From: Eledone cirrhosa
Lineage: Eukaryota
DNA length: 64,000 nucleotides
Assembly: GCA_964016885.1 (NCBI GenBank)
Contig: OZ024742.1
Coordinates: 354,268,001 to 354,332,000 of the forward strand
Direction of reading: 5' to 3'
A model generated the notes under the pieces. The model saw nothing but the letters and a program-made list of their open reading frames with translations, was not told the DNA's origin and searched no databases. This document shows positions 11,800 through 24,511 of the stretch, piece after piece. A program made the translations under genes and the position numbers. The stretch's first letter is position 1. The number at the start of each line of letters is the position of its first letter.

Positions 11800-14700
11800 T
11801 TCAACACGACCTCACTCAGAATAGGCAGCATAAATGCGCGTGGCTTGGGGTCGTCATGGAAGCAGGGCCACCTGCTCAACGACCTTGGGTCACTAAACAT
11901 AGATGTAGTGGCCATCAGCGAGACCAGAATCTCCGAAGCACAGGCTTTCGCACCGATCTGCGGCGGCTACGATGTGTACGCATCTCCCAGCCGTCCGGGA
12001 TCGGGGGGAGGAGTTGCTGTGCTTTTTCGGAGAGGTTTGGATCTTGCCATACGGGCCATCTTCCTGGACCCAGAAGGTAAGTTGGTGGTGCTGGACGTGA
12101 CCAGCGGAGACGGGCAAGCTTTCAGGTTAGTGGCCGTGTATGCCCCGACAGGAGCAGGGCGGCCTGATTTCTTCCGGCGTCCGGAGACCTTTCTTGGAAC
12201 GTCCCGCTCTTTAGTGTTAGTGGGCGATGGAACGGGATCTTAGATGCACGCTGGGATTGTGTGGGATTAGTGGATAGGGAAGGAGGGTGCAAGAGTCTCA
12301 CCAACCTGCTCAGACGTTTTGAACTGTCTGACAGGTACCGAATGGATTCCCCGAATGTACCAATGTGGACTTGGACAAATCGCATAGGGTCATCCAGATC
12401 ATATCTAGATAGAGTATTTTGTAGGGAAATAGATAGGTCTAACATAGGCTGTTCACAATTCAAGATAGTCAGCTACACGGACCACAAATTCGTGATCTGT
12501 GTGCTTGACTTAGATAGGCTTCATAGACGAGGTCCCGGCTACTGGAAGCTAAACGCGTCCTTACCAGCGCGCAAGGCCTATAGAGACCGGATTAGCGAAC
12601 TAGTTAAGCGGGCGTTGACGGGGGCCATCGTCAACAACGAGTGGTGGCTTGCTCTGAAAAGAGCAATTATAATAGAGTCCATTAGGTTTAGTAAGACTTT
12701 AGCAATAGAGAAAAATAGAGCAGAGGGAGAATTAGTTAGAAAATTAGATGAGGCGCTTAGCGAAGGCATCGCGACCGACGTACTTGCGGCGAAATTGGCC
12801 CTTGACCAATTCTTCAATGCAAAGCACAAAGGCTGCGTTGTCAGAGCTAGGGTGCGTGCTCTCAGACACGAGGAGACGAAAGCCGTTCAATGGGCCCGAG
12901 TGGCAGAGGCGCGTCGTGGCAACAAAGCCACGATCCGGTCTTTGGTGGACCACGACGGGCGCATGCTACTCGATCCCGGGCAAATGTGTGAAGCTTTTCA
13001 GCGACACTTCGCTCAACTGTTCGGGGGCAGTGGCGGGCCGGATCGAGGGATGGACTTTAGTGTCTACCTCGACGGACTGCCGCGGCTTTCGGCCACTGAG
13101 GCGGAGTGTTGCGAAAACCCGATAACAACCGCTGAAGTACGGGATGCAATGACTAGTTGCACAAGGGGTAAATCGCCTGGTTTGGATGGTCTGCCCTATG
13201 AACTTTACGTACAAATGCCAAACTTGTTCGGAGGCCTCTTGGCGGACATCTACTGCAACTGGCAACAGAACGGGAGAATTCCCAGCTCTGTGAGCCGAGG
13301 AGCGGTGGCGCTGCTGAGAAAGGATCCGAACAAGGGGGATAACATAGATAATTTTAGGCCCATAACTCTGCTAAACACAGAGTTCAAGATTTTGGCCAAG
13401 GTGCTAGCAAAGAGGTTGGCGCTTGCCGTTGGTGGTCTGGTGGGAGGGGCACAGACATGCGCCATTCCCGACAGATCCATCCACGACAACCTCCACCTCA
13501 TGCGATACATCGTAGAGAGGGTAGCTAGGGAACCTGGCACGGGTGGGTCTTTGATCAATTTAGATCAGTCGAAAGGGTCGACCATCGTTACCTAACGGCA
13601 GTCCTGAGGGCGGCTGGCTTTGGGCCTATCTTCAGAGGCTGGATCGCTGCCATGCACAGCGACATCTGCTCTGTAGTGAGAGTGAACGGTCACCTTTCGG
13701 AACCGTTCAACATCATGCGCTCGGTCCGCCAAGGATGTCCCCTCTCGTCCCTATTGTACGTATTGACTCTCGAGCCATTACTGCACAAACTGGAGACGTT
13801 GAGGGGGGTCCCGCGCGAACTAGGATGCGGAAGATCCGTGTCAGCATATGCCGACGATGTCACCGTAGTGGTGTCGAACGCCAAACACATCGAGGCGATC
13901 GGCACTACACTAAGAGAATACGAAGCGGTGACAGGAGCAGTGATCAACCAGGAAATGTCAGTGGGCCTGCAGCTCGGCACCTGGAGAGGCAGGTCCATGC
14001 CGTCCAACAGCGTCGTCGGGCGCTGGACGGACGGACCGGTTAAATTGCTAGGGGTCTGGTTCGGTCCAGACCTCCAGACGGACAAAAACTGGGACGAGGT
14101 GACGAGCAGGGTGGCTTCTCTCACCCAGAAATGGGCCGAGAGGAAGCTATCCCTGAAAGGTCGAGCGGAGGTGGCGAATGCGTACATCGCATCCGTCATC
14201 TACTACCGCCTGACCGTCGTACCTTGTCCTAAGCCCCGCCTGACTGCGCTGGAGCGTTTGCTCTTTCGCTTCTTGTGGAAGGGACGCGCTCCGATGGTCA
14301 GGCGGTCCATCTGCTGTCAACACCCGCTACGTGGAGGGCTGGGCATGCCGTGGCTGATGATGCGCAGACACGCGCTCAGGCTACGACATCTCCACCTCTT
14401 CCTCGACGGTGATCAGGTGTGGTCGCCGTTTGCAAGACACGTTTTTCCCCAGCTCGTCTCCTTGACGGAGCTGCAGTCCTGGGTCAAGCGAAGACCGAGA
14501 GGGAGCGCTTGGAGACTGGAATGTCTTCAGGCGCTCACAGCCCTCGACCAATCGGGCAATGTGATCGGTGGAAACTCCACCTTGACGTTCTATAGGGGAT
14601 TAGTGGAGGGGAAGAGCGACGAGGTACTTGGAGAAACTCTAGGCGTCGACGAAAATCAACTAGCCAATCTCTTCGGAAGGACTTTCGGGCGGGGTCTATG

Positions 14701-15213
14701 GACAACTTCCAGAAATCGCTGGCCTGGCAGTGCTACCGAGGAGCTTTGCCAGTTCGGGATAAACTCTACAGGCATGGAGGTGCCGTCAGCCGGGCATGTC
14801 CGAGATGTGCGCAGGGCGACGAAACCGTCCTGCACGCACTCGTCCAGTCTCCGAGCATTGCTGACTTGTGGGTTTATGTCGAACGCCTGCTGTCACGTGT
14901 AGGACCTATCCAGCTATCAGCTGAGTCCATCGTGAGGATTGCCCCGCCCCCTTCCTTTAGCCTGGAAGGGCAGGCAGTTTTTATCTGTCTGGTGGACATG
15001 GCGAAAGAGATAGTATGGTGGACACGTTTGAAAGGGCTGAAGACGAGCACTTACCTCTTCGGTGATGCCCTGATTAACTTTTTCAAATTTCATTTGATAA
15101 GGAAAATCATGGTAGAGAGGGAAGTGCTCTCTTCCCAGCATTTTGTTGAAAGATGGGTGAGAGAAGCAAGTATGGCCCGAATGAATGGGCCTTCTCTGAG
15201 TATGTGTCTGTAA
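11800..15213 (+). pseudogene. LINE ORF2: AP endonuclease, reverse transcriptase and C-terminal zinc finger; about 3 frameshifts
   Basis: SINARGLG, AISETR, AVYAP, LVGD, YLDR, TDHK (APE); KSPGLDG, NFRPITLLN, LDQSK, VRQGCPLS, AYADD (RT); CPRC...ETVLH. Confidence 0.92.
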
Positions 15214-15489
15214 ATTAAAGGTGGAAAACTGGGAGAGGGCACTTGCCCTGGTGGTCAGGGCCACTGTGGTCTTTTAATGGGCTTTCTCCACAAATGTCCC
15301 TTGGAAGTCTCCCCCCTATTGGGGAATTTTTCTTTGTTATTTTATTTCAACCTCTGTTTTTTTACACGCAGAAATGCCCATTTGTACCGTCCTGTATTGT
15401 CCTGTACTGTCATTAATGTCTACTTTATGTGAACCCTTGTGGTTAATAAAGAAAACATTATTTTTATTATTATTATTGTTATTGTTATT

Positions 15490-17772
15490 CCTTGAATCTC
15501 AGTCATTGATGTTGGTTAACTGGAAAGTCCGTTGGATTGAATATCAAGCCACTACCTGCAGCCTCAGATATTCAGGACGTATCGGAGGGTTCTTGCTGTT
15601 CCAAGCAAGCATGCCTTTTGAAGCGTTCCAAAAAGCGTGAAGGGGCCGATTTTCTTTAACCATCCCTGGAAACTTTTGGAGATAGTCCCCAGTGCGCCTA
15701 TGACAATCGGGATCACTTTGACTTCATGGCAGTTCCAAATCCTTTTCACCTCCCACTTTAGGTCCTGGTATCGGTTAATTTTCTCCCTCTCCTTCTCTTG
15801 CACTCTCGTGTCGAACGGGCAGGCCACATCCACAATCAGGCACGATCTTTTTTCTTTGTCCACAACCACCAGGTCAGGTCTATTGTGTTCCAGTTTTTTG
15901 TCCGTCTGTATCCTAAAATCCCACAGCACCTTCACCTGATTGTTCTCCATCACCGCCTCTGGCCTATGCTCATACCATTTCTCAGAATGTGGTAAATTGT
16001 TTACTTTGCACAGGTGCCAGTGGATCACCCTGCCCATCACATCGTGTCTCCAGCCCTTATAGTGGGTCTGGGCTAGGTGTTTACACTCGGACACAATGTG
16101 AGCCACAGTCTCCTCTCTCTCTCCACAGATCCTGCACAGTGGGCTAGCCTCCTCCTTGTAAATATGGTGATTCAACCACGTCGTTTTGAGGGCCTGCTCC
16201 TGCGCAGCCATTAGCATTCCTTCTGTAGCCTTTTTGAGGTCTCCTCTTCTCAACCAGTTCCATGTCTGTGGATCTCTAAATTCAGTTTTCTCAAAGAAGG
16301 TACTATGAAGGGATTTTCCCTTGAGGCTGCTCTTCCTCCTTGATGTTATTTCCTCCTTGGACATCCCCTGGCCTACTGTCCCCTCCTTCAGTACAGTTCT
16401 GAGCATTGGCTCCTTACTATAGGTCACGTATTTGTATAGGTTGTTTTTCTCCATCTGAACACAGTCCTCTATGCTGATAAGACCTCTTCCACCCTCAGAT
16501 CTCTTTAGGTAGAGTCTATCGACATCACTCCTCTTGTGGAACATGTTGTAGATAGTCAATAGCTTCCTAGTCTTCCTATCCATTTCTTTTTGTTCAGCAA
16601 CATTCCATCTCAGAATTCCCGCACTGTACCTAATAATAGACACAGCTCGGGAATTTACTGCGCTTATGGCATTTCTGCTGTTCAGATGTGACTTCAATAC
16701 GCTCCTTACTCTCCGAATGTATTCAGTTCTTAATAATTCCTTCATTTTTTTGTTCTTTATGCCATCAGCCTCCAGAACGCCCAAATACTTGTACCCTTCC
16801 TCAGAGTCAATTTCCTTTATCATCTCACCTGTTGGTATCTGGATCCCGTTACTTCTGCTCAACCTACCCCTCTTCATCACAATGACTCCACATTTACTAA
16901 TACCAAACTGCATACATATATCACTGCTGAAAATACGGACAGTGTCAACAAGCACATCCAACTCCTTCTCACTTTTCCCGAAGAGCTTAAGATCGTCCAT
17001 GAAGAGGAGGTGATTGATGGTAAGCTCTCCCTTTCCCAACTTGTATCCTGCTCTCACTTTTCGCAGCATAATGGTCAAGGGCATCAGGGCAAGAACAAAC
17101 AACAGAGGGGACAGGCTATCTCCCTGGAAGATACCTCTCTTGATCTTCACGCTTACCAAGGATACTCCAGTTGATGTCAACTCTGTCTCCCAGGACCCCA
17201 TACTCCTGCCCAGCAACTGTCTGATGTTATCTGCCACCCTGAAGATCTCCAGGCTTTTGGTGATCCAAGAATGAGGCACCATGTCAAATGGCTTTCTGTA
17301 GTCTATCCATCCCATGGCAAGATCAGTGTGTCTCCTCCTGCAATTCCCCACTACCATCTTATCAATAAGTAACTGGTCCTTTGTACCACGTGCCTTCTTT
17401 CGGCATCCTTTCTGTTCGTCCGGTAACAAGTTGTTTGTGTGGAGGTGATGGTAGATTTCCTCAGACACAATGCTCGTCAACAGTTTCCACATTACGGACA
17501 GACATGTGATAGGTCTATAGTTGGTAACATCATTACCCTTGATTCGGTCTTTCATTATCAGAACTGTGGTACCTTTTGTCAACCACTCTGGCACTTCACC
17601 CGACACCAAGCAGTCATTGAACATGGCTGTCAGCTTCGGGTGGAGGGATGTTAAATTGTTAATCCAATACCCCTGCACACCATCTGGGCCTGGTGATTTC
17701 CAGTTGGTTAGTTTTTTGGCCTGCCCCTTAAGAGTTTCAACTGTGATACTCAAATCAGTTTGTTGGTGTGCC
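15490..17772 (-). mobile_element. 5'-truncated RLE-type non-LTR retrotransposon (R4/Dong-like)
   Basis: RT followed by CCHC finger and PD-D/ExK restriction-like endonuclease; 3' end runs into (AAT)n on the minus strand. Confidence 0.88.
15564..17753 (-). CDS. Uninterrupted 729-aa RT + zinc finger + restriction-like endonuclease ORF (N-terminus missing)
   Basis: WKSPGPDG, NYRPITCL, WIDYRKPFDMVPH, GIFQGDSLSP, LFMDD, YKYLG, CRIC..ETVAHIVSEC, RHD, RPDLV..D..IVDVACP..EK, VIPIVIGALG. Confidence 0.88.
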   Translation of the reverse strand: MSITVETLKGQAKKLTNWKSPGPDGVQGYWINNLTSLHPKLTAMFNDCLVSGEVPEWLTKGTTVLIMKDRIKGNDVTNYRPITCLSVMWKLLTSIVSEEIYHHLHTNNLLPDEQKGCRKKARGTKDQLLIDKMVVGNCRRRHTDLAMGWIDYRKPFDMVPHSWITKSLEIFRVADNIRQLLGRSMGSWETELTSTGVSLVSVKIKRGIFQGDSLSPLLFVLALMPLTIMLRKVRAGYKLGKGELTINHLLFMDDLKLFGKSEKELDVLVDTVRIFSSDICMQFGISKCGVIVMKRGRLSRSNGIQIPTGEMIKEIDSEEGYKYLGVLEADGIKNKKMKELLRTEYIRRVRSVLKSHLNSRNAISAVNSRAVSIIRYSAGILRWNVAEQKEMDRKTRKLLTIYNMFHKRSDVDRLYLKRSEGGRGLISIEDCVQMEKNNLYKYVTYSKEPMLRTVLKEGTVGQGMSKEEITSRRKSSLKGKSLHSTFFEKTEFRDPQTWNWLRRGDLKKATEGMLMAAQEQALKTTWLNHHIYKEEASPLCRICGEREETVAHIVSECKHLAQTHYKGWRHDVMGRVIHWHLCKVNNLPHSEKWYEHRPEAVMENNQVKVLWDFRIQTDKKLEHNRPDLVVVDKEKRSCLIVDVACPFDTRVQEKEREKINRYQDLKWEVKRIWNCHEVKVIPIVIGALGTISKSFQGWLKKIGPFTLFGTLQKACLLGTARTLRYVLNI

Positions 17773-17866
17773 TTCTTCTTCTTCTTCTTCTTCTTCTTCT
17801 TCTTCTTCTTCTTCTTCTTCTTCTTCTTCTTCTTCTTCTTCTTCTTCTTCTTCTTCTTCTTCTTCT

Positions 17867-17898
<32 letters not shown>

Positions 17899-17899
17899 C
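17773..17899. repeat. (TTC)n microsatellite, probably the (GAA)n tail of the adjacent RTE-like remnant
   Basis: Direct reading. Confidence 0.9.
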
Positions 17900-18110
17900 T
17901 AAGAGTGTCGTTGGCGTAAAGTCCTCAAACATTTCTTTCAGCGTGTCAAGTCTCACGTCAGCAGCAACCATCTCTAACAGATCCAGCTGGATCTACAAAC
18001 TAGACGAGCAAAGCTCATTGATGTTATCGAAAGATTTTGCTCGGTGTCTACACCAAGTTCTCCTGCCGGTTGGTTTTGCCCGTAAAATCTGTCTAGAGAT
18101 TCATTCCTGA
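17900..18110 (-). mobile_element. Decayed 3' end of an RTE-like LINE
   Basis: Minus-strand translation RQILRAKPTGRR...DNINEL resembles the RTE C-terminal G(K/R)RxxGRPxxxWxD motif; followed by a (GAA)n tail. Confidence 0.5.
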
Positions 18111-18143
18111 CATAATATATTATACAACCGAATTTATATTTAA

Positions 18144-18363
18144 CCCTTTAGCATTTACATTACACTATATTTACTATTATATTTTCACAGTAAAGGCTTT
18201 ATCTTACATAATATCTCACGTAACATTGAATCTATGAGATTTTGATATTATTTAATTTGAGAACAATACCTTACCATAAGTATGAGAAGCCAATTACATC
18301 CAGTTTGAACAGTAAGAGATGAGAGAACTCTGGCCAGATATGACCGGTTTAAATACTAAAGGG
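18144..18363. mobile_element. piggyBac-type MITE (TTAA target duplication, CCC...GGG termini)
   Basis: TTAA|ccctttagcattta ... taaatactaaaggg|TTAA; 14-bp TIR with one mismatch. Confidence 0.78.
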
Positions 18364-18595
18364 TTAACAATGCATATACCTTTAACATCATGGGTTTATA
18401 ATTCACATACTAATACAATAAGGAGCCAGATATACAAATAAGATATTACATCGGCTGACGTATCATACTTGCATTATATAAAATAAAGTACCAGTAATAC
18501 ACTGATTTCATTGCTGGCCTTGTGCCAAAAGTAGAAACAATTATATAATTATATGTTTATTATGCATATTAAATACATACATATATACACACACG

Positions 18596-18780
18596 GATCG
18601 GCAGTATCGGTGAAGGGCGGGACCCCATGCCTTGACGCATAGAGTTACGGCCCTTGCCATCCAGAGTTCAAACCCCGCCGAGGTTAAATTTGTATTTCAT
18701 TCTTACGGGGTCGATAACATAAAGTACCAGTAATGTACTGATTAATTGCTGGCCTTGTGCCCAAAGTAGAAACAATTATA
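18596..18780 (+). mobile_element. tRNA-derived SINE (family 1)
   Basis: ggcagtatcggt head, box B gagttcaaaccc, body ggggtcgataa..aaagtaccagt, tail ggccttgtgcc.aaagtagaaacaat. A tail-only copy lies at ~18478-18545. Confidence 0.8.
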
Positions 18781-19139
18781 TAATAGATCACGTTTAAACC
18801 ATATTAAATTTCATTTTTATTTGTCCCTCTCAAATATTACGATGGGGATCATTTGGTTAATCTTTTGTTCACAGAGTCTCAATTATTGTGATTCAGCCAT
18901 TGCCAGTAATTGGCGGAAACCCTACATTAATTGATAAAGTAATTATTGATCATTTTAATTTCAATGACGAATTGCAATCGGGCTGCATCTCACTATTGCT
19001 AATGCAGTTGTCACAGTAGAGTTATTAAGGTGTATAGATAATAAAATATACAAATGCTTAACAATAAATTCCATTATTTCCAAATAAATTAATATGACTA
19101 CAAAGTTACAATATATTCTCGTATCTATTCAATATATTG

Positions 19140-19330
19140 GTGGATTGGCAGTATCGGTAGAGGGTTGGACGCCATGCTTTGCAGCAAAGAGTTACAGCCC
19201 TTTATGGTCAGAGTTCATATCCCACCGAGGTTAACTTTGCCTTTCATCCTTACAGGGCCGATAAAATAAAGTACCAGTAATACACTGGTTTAATTGCAGG
19301 CCTTGTGTCAAAAGTAGAAACAAATATTGT
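19140..19330 (+). mobile_element. tRNA-derived SINE (family 1)
   Basis: Homologous to 18596-18780 and 60132-60320. Confidence 0.8.
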
Positions 19331-19454
19331 ATTCAATAGAGCAGTGATACATTATCAATCTGAAATTAAAATATTATATATTAATATAAGTCTCTAAACT
19401 GTCATTGTTAAATCAGAAAATTACCTAAATAATTGGATGAGAATATTCATCTTT

Positions 19455-19632
19455 CAGATCCTGGACGGCATTGTCTCAATACTGTTTAAGGGTGAAAGCA
19501 ACGATTCTTTGCTTAAACTTTAATCTGTTATTTTAATAAATATTTTCTCTAGGGTTCTTATATATTTGATATATATATATCTGTATGGAGCGCTCTTTGG
19601 ATTTTAGTCTTCACATTTATTATTATTGCTAT
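19455..19632 (+). repeat. Solo pLTR fragment of the PLE family at 32137-34550
   Basis: gattctttgcttaaactttaatctgttattttaataaa...ctctttggattttagtcttca is also found at 29288-29430, 40680-40800, and (reverse complement) at 32137-32195 and 34480-34550. Confidence 0.75.
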
Positions 19633-19649
19633 ATATATATATTTTACTA

Positions 19650-20677
19650 TATTTCTCTTTTGCCATGCTGTGGCACCACACTTGTTTGTACACATTCCAT
19701 CTCCAGCCCGTATTGTCTGGCCACTGGTGCAAGAGGGAATTCTCACATACCTGGGCAGCTTGTTAAAGAGTTGAGGGCCTATGAACACCAGGCTATTGCA
19801 ATATTGGCTCCCTATTCTAGATGTGGAAGACGGGACCTTTGGCACCACACGATGACGTCCTGTTCGCGGGTTGGTCCAGCTCCCAATGCCAAAATTTGGT
19901 GCTAGTCCATCTAGCATTTTCCACAAGTATGTCACTGCGTACCTCTCATCTCTTAGTTCCAAGGAGTAGAGGTTCAGTTCTTTTACCCACTCCCAGTAGC
20001 TTATCTCCTTCATCGTCGCAATCCACTTGATGTAGCTTCGCTGGATTGCCTCATGCCCCGTGGTTAGTTTGACCTTATGGGGTGACCACAGCTGGGAGCA
20101 ATAGTCCAGGCGGCTTAGAACAAATGTCCTCCATAGTGTCAACATGGTGTCGCGGTCCATTGTCCGGAAATACTCAAGATGCAGCCAGCGAGTCGTCTGC
20201 ACATTGATGCCACTTTCATGATCCGTGAGAAAAAAGATGCATCGCCGCTCCTGTCTATACGCAGGTCTCTTATCGATTTCGACACGGCATCTTCGGTCCT
20301 TTCTAGTCCAATGTAACTGTGTTGTACTGTATTTGTGTTTGCAGGTTTATATTGTAAGGCTTGACATTTGCCGGCATTAAAATGCATGTTGTTGTCTTCC
20401 GCCCATTTGTATATGGCATACAGATCTTGTTGTAAATGGGCAGCGTCAGTCGGGTTTTTGATTGCCTGTGTTCCCTTAGTGTCATCAACATAGCTAGTGA
20501 GGGATGTTGTATTTATTATAGGGGGCACCTCACTTGTTATTGATGTTTCCTTTGAGAGGGCCCCGTTTGCTGCAACTGCCTGGAATCTGTCCTTTAAGAA
20601 GTCATGCTGCCACTCACCTACTTCTCCAGGTATGCCGAGTCTGTATAGTTTGTGACATATCATTCCGTGGTCGACCT
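19650..20677 (-). pseudogene. Decayed CR1-like LINE reverse transcriptase 3' half
   Basis: KVDH, YVDDTK, LQQDL..IYKWAEDNNMHFN..KC, SRLDYCSQLWSP, LNLYSLE; frameshifts and deletions. Confidence 0.8.
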
Positions 20678-22051
20678 TAAAAATAAAAATAAACCACAAA
20701 GATCAACCCTTCAAAGTTAATTGACAATATATTGCCAAGTTCATTACAAGACAAAGCCAAAAATTATCTATCAAATCACATCTAGCAAAGATCATTTCAA
20801 AAAGTTTATGACGTCCAATTTGGTCTACATATGTTCTTATATTTAATATAGAAGTTTATCTAGTGTAAGGTTTATTCAAAATATTTGGAGCATCAGCTTT
20901 TAGGGTAGCTTAATTGTAATGAACTTGGCAATATATTGTCAATTAACTTTGAAGGGTTGATCTTTGTGGTTTATTTTTATTTTTATTTTTTATTATTGTA
21001 GTATTTTATAATATATTTTATAATATTTTTTATTTTTTATTTTTATTTTTAATATCTTTAATATGTAAATTTTTAATACGTAATATTTTTTAATACGTAA
21101 TATTTTTAATATGTAATATTTTTATTATGTAATATTCTTTCGTAATATTTTTTTAGTTTTCTATTTTATTATTACTTATTTTTACTTATTATTATTATTG
21201 TTATCTTTTTATTTTTTTAGTTTTGTTTCTGATATATATTTTTATTAGTATATTGAAATCTGCTCTCTATTTCTGCTTGATAGATAATCTTGTAGAGTAA
21301 AGACAGGAATAATAATACACATATATGTATGCTCAAATTTTTATACCACATTGAGAATGTTTTCCGTGAACTTAGAGTTTGCAGAGTGAATCATGTGGAT
21401 TCCATGGATGTTTGTAGCTGTCACATAAACATATGAATTTTTTTTAAAAACTAAACATAAGATAATTAATTTTCACACACTATGGATACTTGTCTCATTC
21501 AGGAATACTGATATTTACAATATAGTGTAAGTTTTATAAATACTAATACATTAAAACATAGGGTTTTTACGCCTCGAATATATCTGGCTATATTTAAATT
21601 TTTTTTCTCTCGCTATTTTTTCTCTCTCTATATTTTTTTTCTCTCTATATATATCTCCCTTACATTAATACTTGAGCTAAATAAATAAATAAATAAATAA
21701 ATGTATCATTGATACATTTACTCAAAATGACCTCCCACTACCTAATTTTCTATATATATATATGTATCTATCTCTATTTCCTCTCTCTCTATATATATAT
21801 ATCTCTTTCTGTTTCTTTACATGAAGTTCTTCGCTTTATCTATCTTTCCATCTCTCTATTTTGTTCCATGCATTTCTTCTTTTTCTTCCTTTTCTTCGTT
21901 TTCTGTCTTTCTTTCTTTTTTCAATCTTTTTTTTTCTCTCTTTCTTTCTCTCTGTGTAAATTTTTTTCACTGCCAGCTTAAACCTCTTCAAATGGAAGTC
22001 GGTGTTATAACGGTATGTCGAATCTATTTATCTATAAAACTGTTTATATTG

Positions 22052-22117
22052 TATTTTGTCTGAGGAAGGCATAGCATATTGTTAATATGATATCCCCGAA
22101 ATATATATAATGAAATA
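22052..22117 (+). ncRNA. pLTR type I hammerhead ribozyme (second copy at 25942-26007)
   Basis: UAUUUUGU-CUGAGGA-aggcauagCAUAUU(guu)AAUAUGauaucccc-GAAA-UAUAUA-UA-AUGAAAUA. Confidence 0.75.
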
Positions 22118-22296
22118 AATATGGTTTTATAAATATAGTTTCCATTTATTTAATATTGTAAATATACTCCAAATATTTGTCGAGTGCTTTTATATCAGTT
22201 ATAAATAATTACTACTTGTAACCCAACAATTTTAAATATAACTTTCCATGTATCTTGCTCCAATACTGTTGAGCGCTTTATATTATAACTGGAAAA

Positions 22297-24511
22297 ATGG
22301 AATTCTTTAAGATTACTTCCTCTCTAAAAGACATACCTCTACCTAGAAACAAAGACTTTATAAAACAATTAATAGATAAATCTGACTCTTTTATAAGGAG
22401 AATCAGGTGGCGTGCATTCCACTTTGATAAATCTAATGCAGACGAAAATGTCTCGGACTTAAACAAAGTTTTCAAATCTAAAAGAAATCCACCCCCTAAC
22501 AAACTTTTATCTGACTTTGAAAACGATATAATTTCTATCATACAAGGGGTCAAATTCAAGAGAAACTTCAAAGGCCAGGACTATCTGAAAGGCATTAAGG
22601 ATAACATTGAGAGCTTAGAGAAAACTGAGAAGATCTTGGTGAAATCTGACAAGACCAACAACCTCTATGGAGTGCGGAAAGACATGTATAATGGCCTCAT
22701 ACTGAAAGAGCTGAGGAAAAAGTACAAGGTAGCAGATAAGGCTGAACTTGAGAAAATGAATGTCGAAGCATCTTGTATAATGCACGAGTTGGAAATTGAG
22801 AACAGAACACAACCTTTCGTGCCCAGGAAACCGAAGATCAATATGAAGGACCACAAGAGGAATTTTGAAAATGGCCTGCCAGTTAGATTGATCGCACCTT
22901 CAAAATCGGACCTGGGCAAATTAAGCAAAAACATTCTTGACAGGGTGATACAGCAAATTAAGAACTTGGATTGTGTATCTAACCTGAGCTTGTGGAAGGG
23001 AACTGGAGAGGTTGTTGAGTGGTTTAGGCAAATTAAATATAACAATAATAATAGGTTTATTCAACTTGATATAGCTAACTATTATTCTTCTATTACCCCT
23101 AGTCTACTAAATAAGGCACTAAATTACGCATTCAAACATACTGACCTAACTAGCAAAGAAATGCATATTATATTATCGGCTAGGAAAACTTTGATAGAAT
23201 TTAATGACAAATTATGGACCAGAGCAGATAGAGATAGCAATTTTGACATAACTATGGGATCTTCCGACTCAGCTCAGGTAACTGACCTTGTGGGCTTATT
23301 TTTAATCAATTCGCTACATAGGAAAATACCTGGTACTACCGGAGGTTTATATAGGGATGACATGCTTTTACTTATTAATAATAATAACCCTGAACTAAAT
23401 AGAAAATGTAAACAAATTACAAAATTTTTTAATTAATTTAACCTTAAAATAGAAATTGAGAACAACCATAGAATAGTCAATTTCCTAGATATAACATTAA
23501 ATCTCAACACATGTCTCCACTATCCTTTTCACAAGTTGAATGAAAACTTAAACTATGTCAACTTTAACTCTAACCACCCCAGATCTGTCAAAAACACTAT
23601 AGTAAACTCAGTTCAAAAACGTATCTCTAGGATCTCGTCGAATAGAAAGATTTTCGACGAAAAGGCCCAATACTATAATGAAGCATTAGCTAGGGCAAGA
23701 TATGCTGATAAGATTGTGTACATAGATAATGATAGACAAACTAAACAAAGTAACAACTTTTTTAATTACGGCAACAACATTAACAACTATAATAGAAAGC
23801 ATTACAATAATTCCAAAGGCCAAAAAAGAAATAGAACTAGGAACATAATTTGGTTTGCCCCCCCTTTCTCACTAAACATTAAAACCCACATCGCTAAATT
23901 ATTTTTCAAAGCTCTTGATAATCGCTTCCCTAGAACACATAGGTATCACTCAATTTTCAATAGGCATACAATTAAATTAACCTACTCATCCACCAAAAAT
24001 TTAGCACAAAAATATTAATAGAATAAATAATAGGAACTTAAAACCTAGTGATAATAGCATAAATAATATACAAGTTAACAAATGTAACTGTAGAGATAGA
24101 TCTAAATGTCCGTTAAATAACAACTGCTTAGTTAAAAATATAGTATACAATTGTAATGTTAATAATGACTCTAATTCTTTTAACTACGTCGGTTCCACAT
24201 CGACGGAATTTAAACTTCGCTATAATAACCACAAGAATTCTTTCACAGATCCAAGTAAAGTATCTTCAACGGCACTATCAGGCGTACTCTGGCAACTTAA
24301 GCTAGATAACGTTAGATATTTGACGGCTTGGAATATAGTCTCAAGAGGGATTCCTTTTAATTCATCCTCTGAGACATGTGACCTCTGCGTAGAGGAGATA
24401 TACTTTATACTAAAATCTAAAAATTCCCTTAACCTACGGACAAATTTATTCAGTTGTTGCAAACATAGATTAAACTCAACGTTTAAATATAAATTTAAAT
24501 TTAAAATGTAG
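22297..24511 (+). pseudogene. PLE RT + GIY-YIG polyprotein with one premature stop (23434-23436) and one frameshift (~24010)
   Basis: SDKT, KDHK, QLDIANYY, MGSSDSA, GGLYRDD, NFLDITL, WFAPPF, linker CNCx5Cx5C, IVYNC..YVGST, CDLC..E, CCKH. Confidence 0.92.

Larger units (their letters stand above)
9557..15456 (+). mobile_element. Near-full-length L1/Tx1-type non-LTR retrotransposon, frameshifted, flanked by (ATT)n
   Basis: 5' UTR, ORF1 with CCHC knuckle, ORF2 APE-RT-zinc finger, aataaa at ~15445. (ATT)n at 9512-9556 and 15457-15489. Confidence 0.9.

Noticed and set aside
18596-18780. tRNA gene
   Set aside because: A box B is present but there is no cloverleaf; multiple diverged copies share a body and tail, which indicates a SINE.
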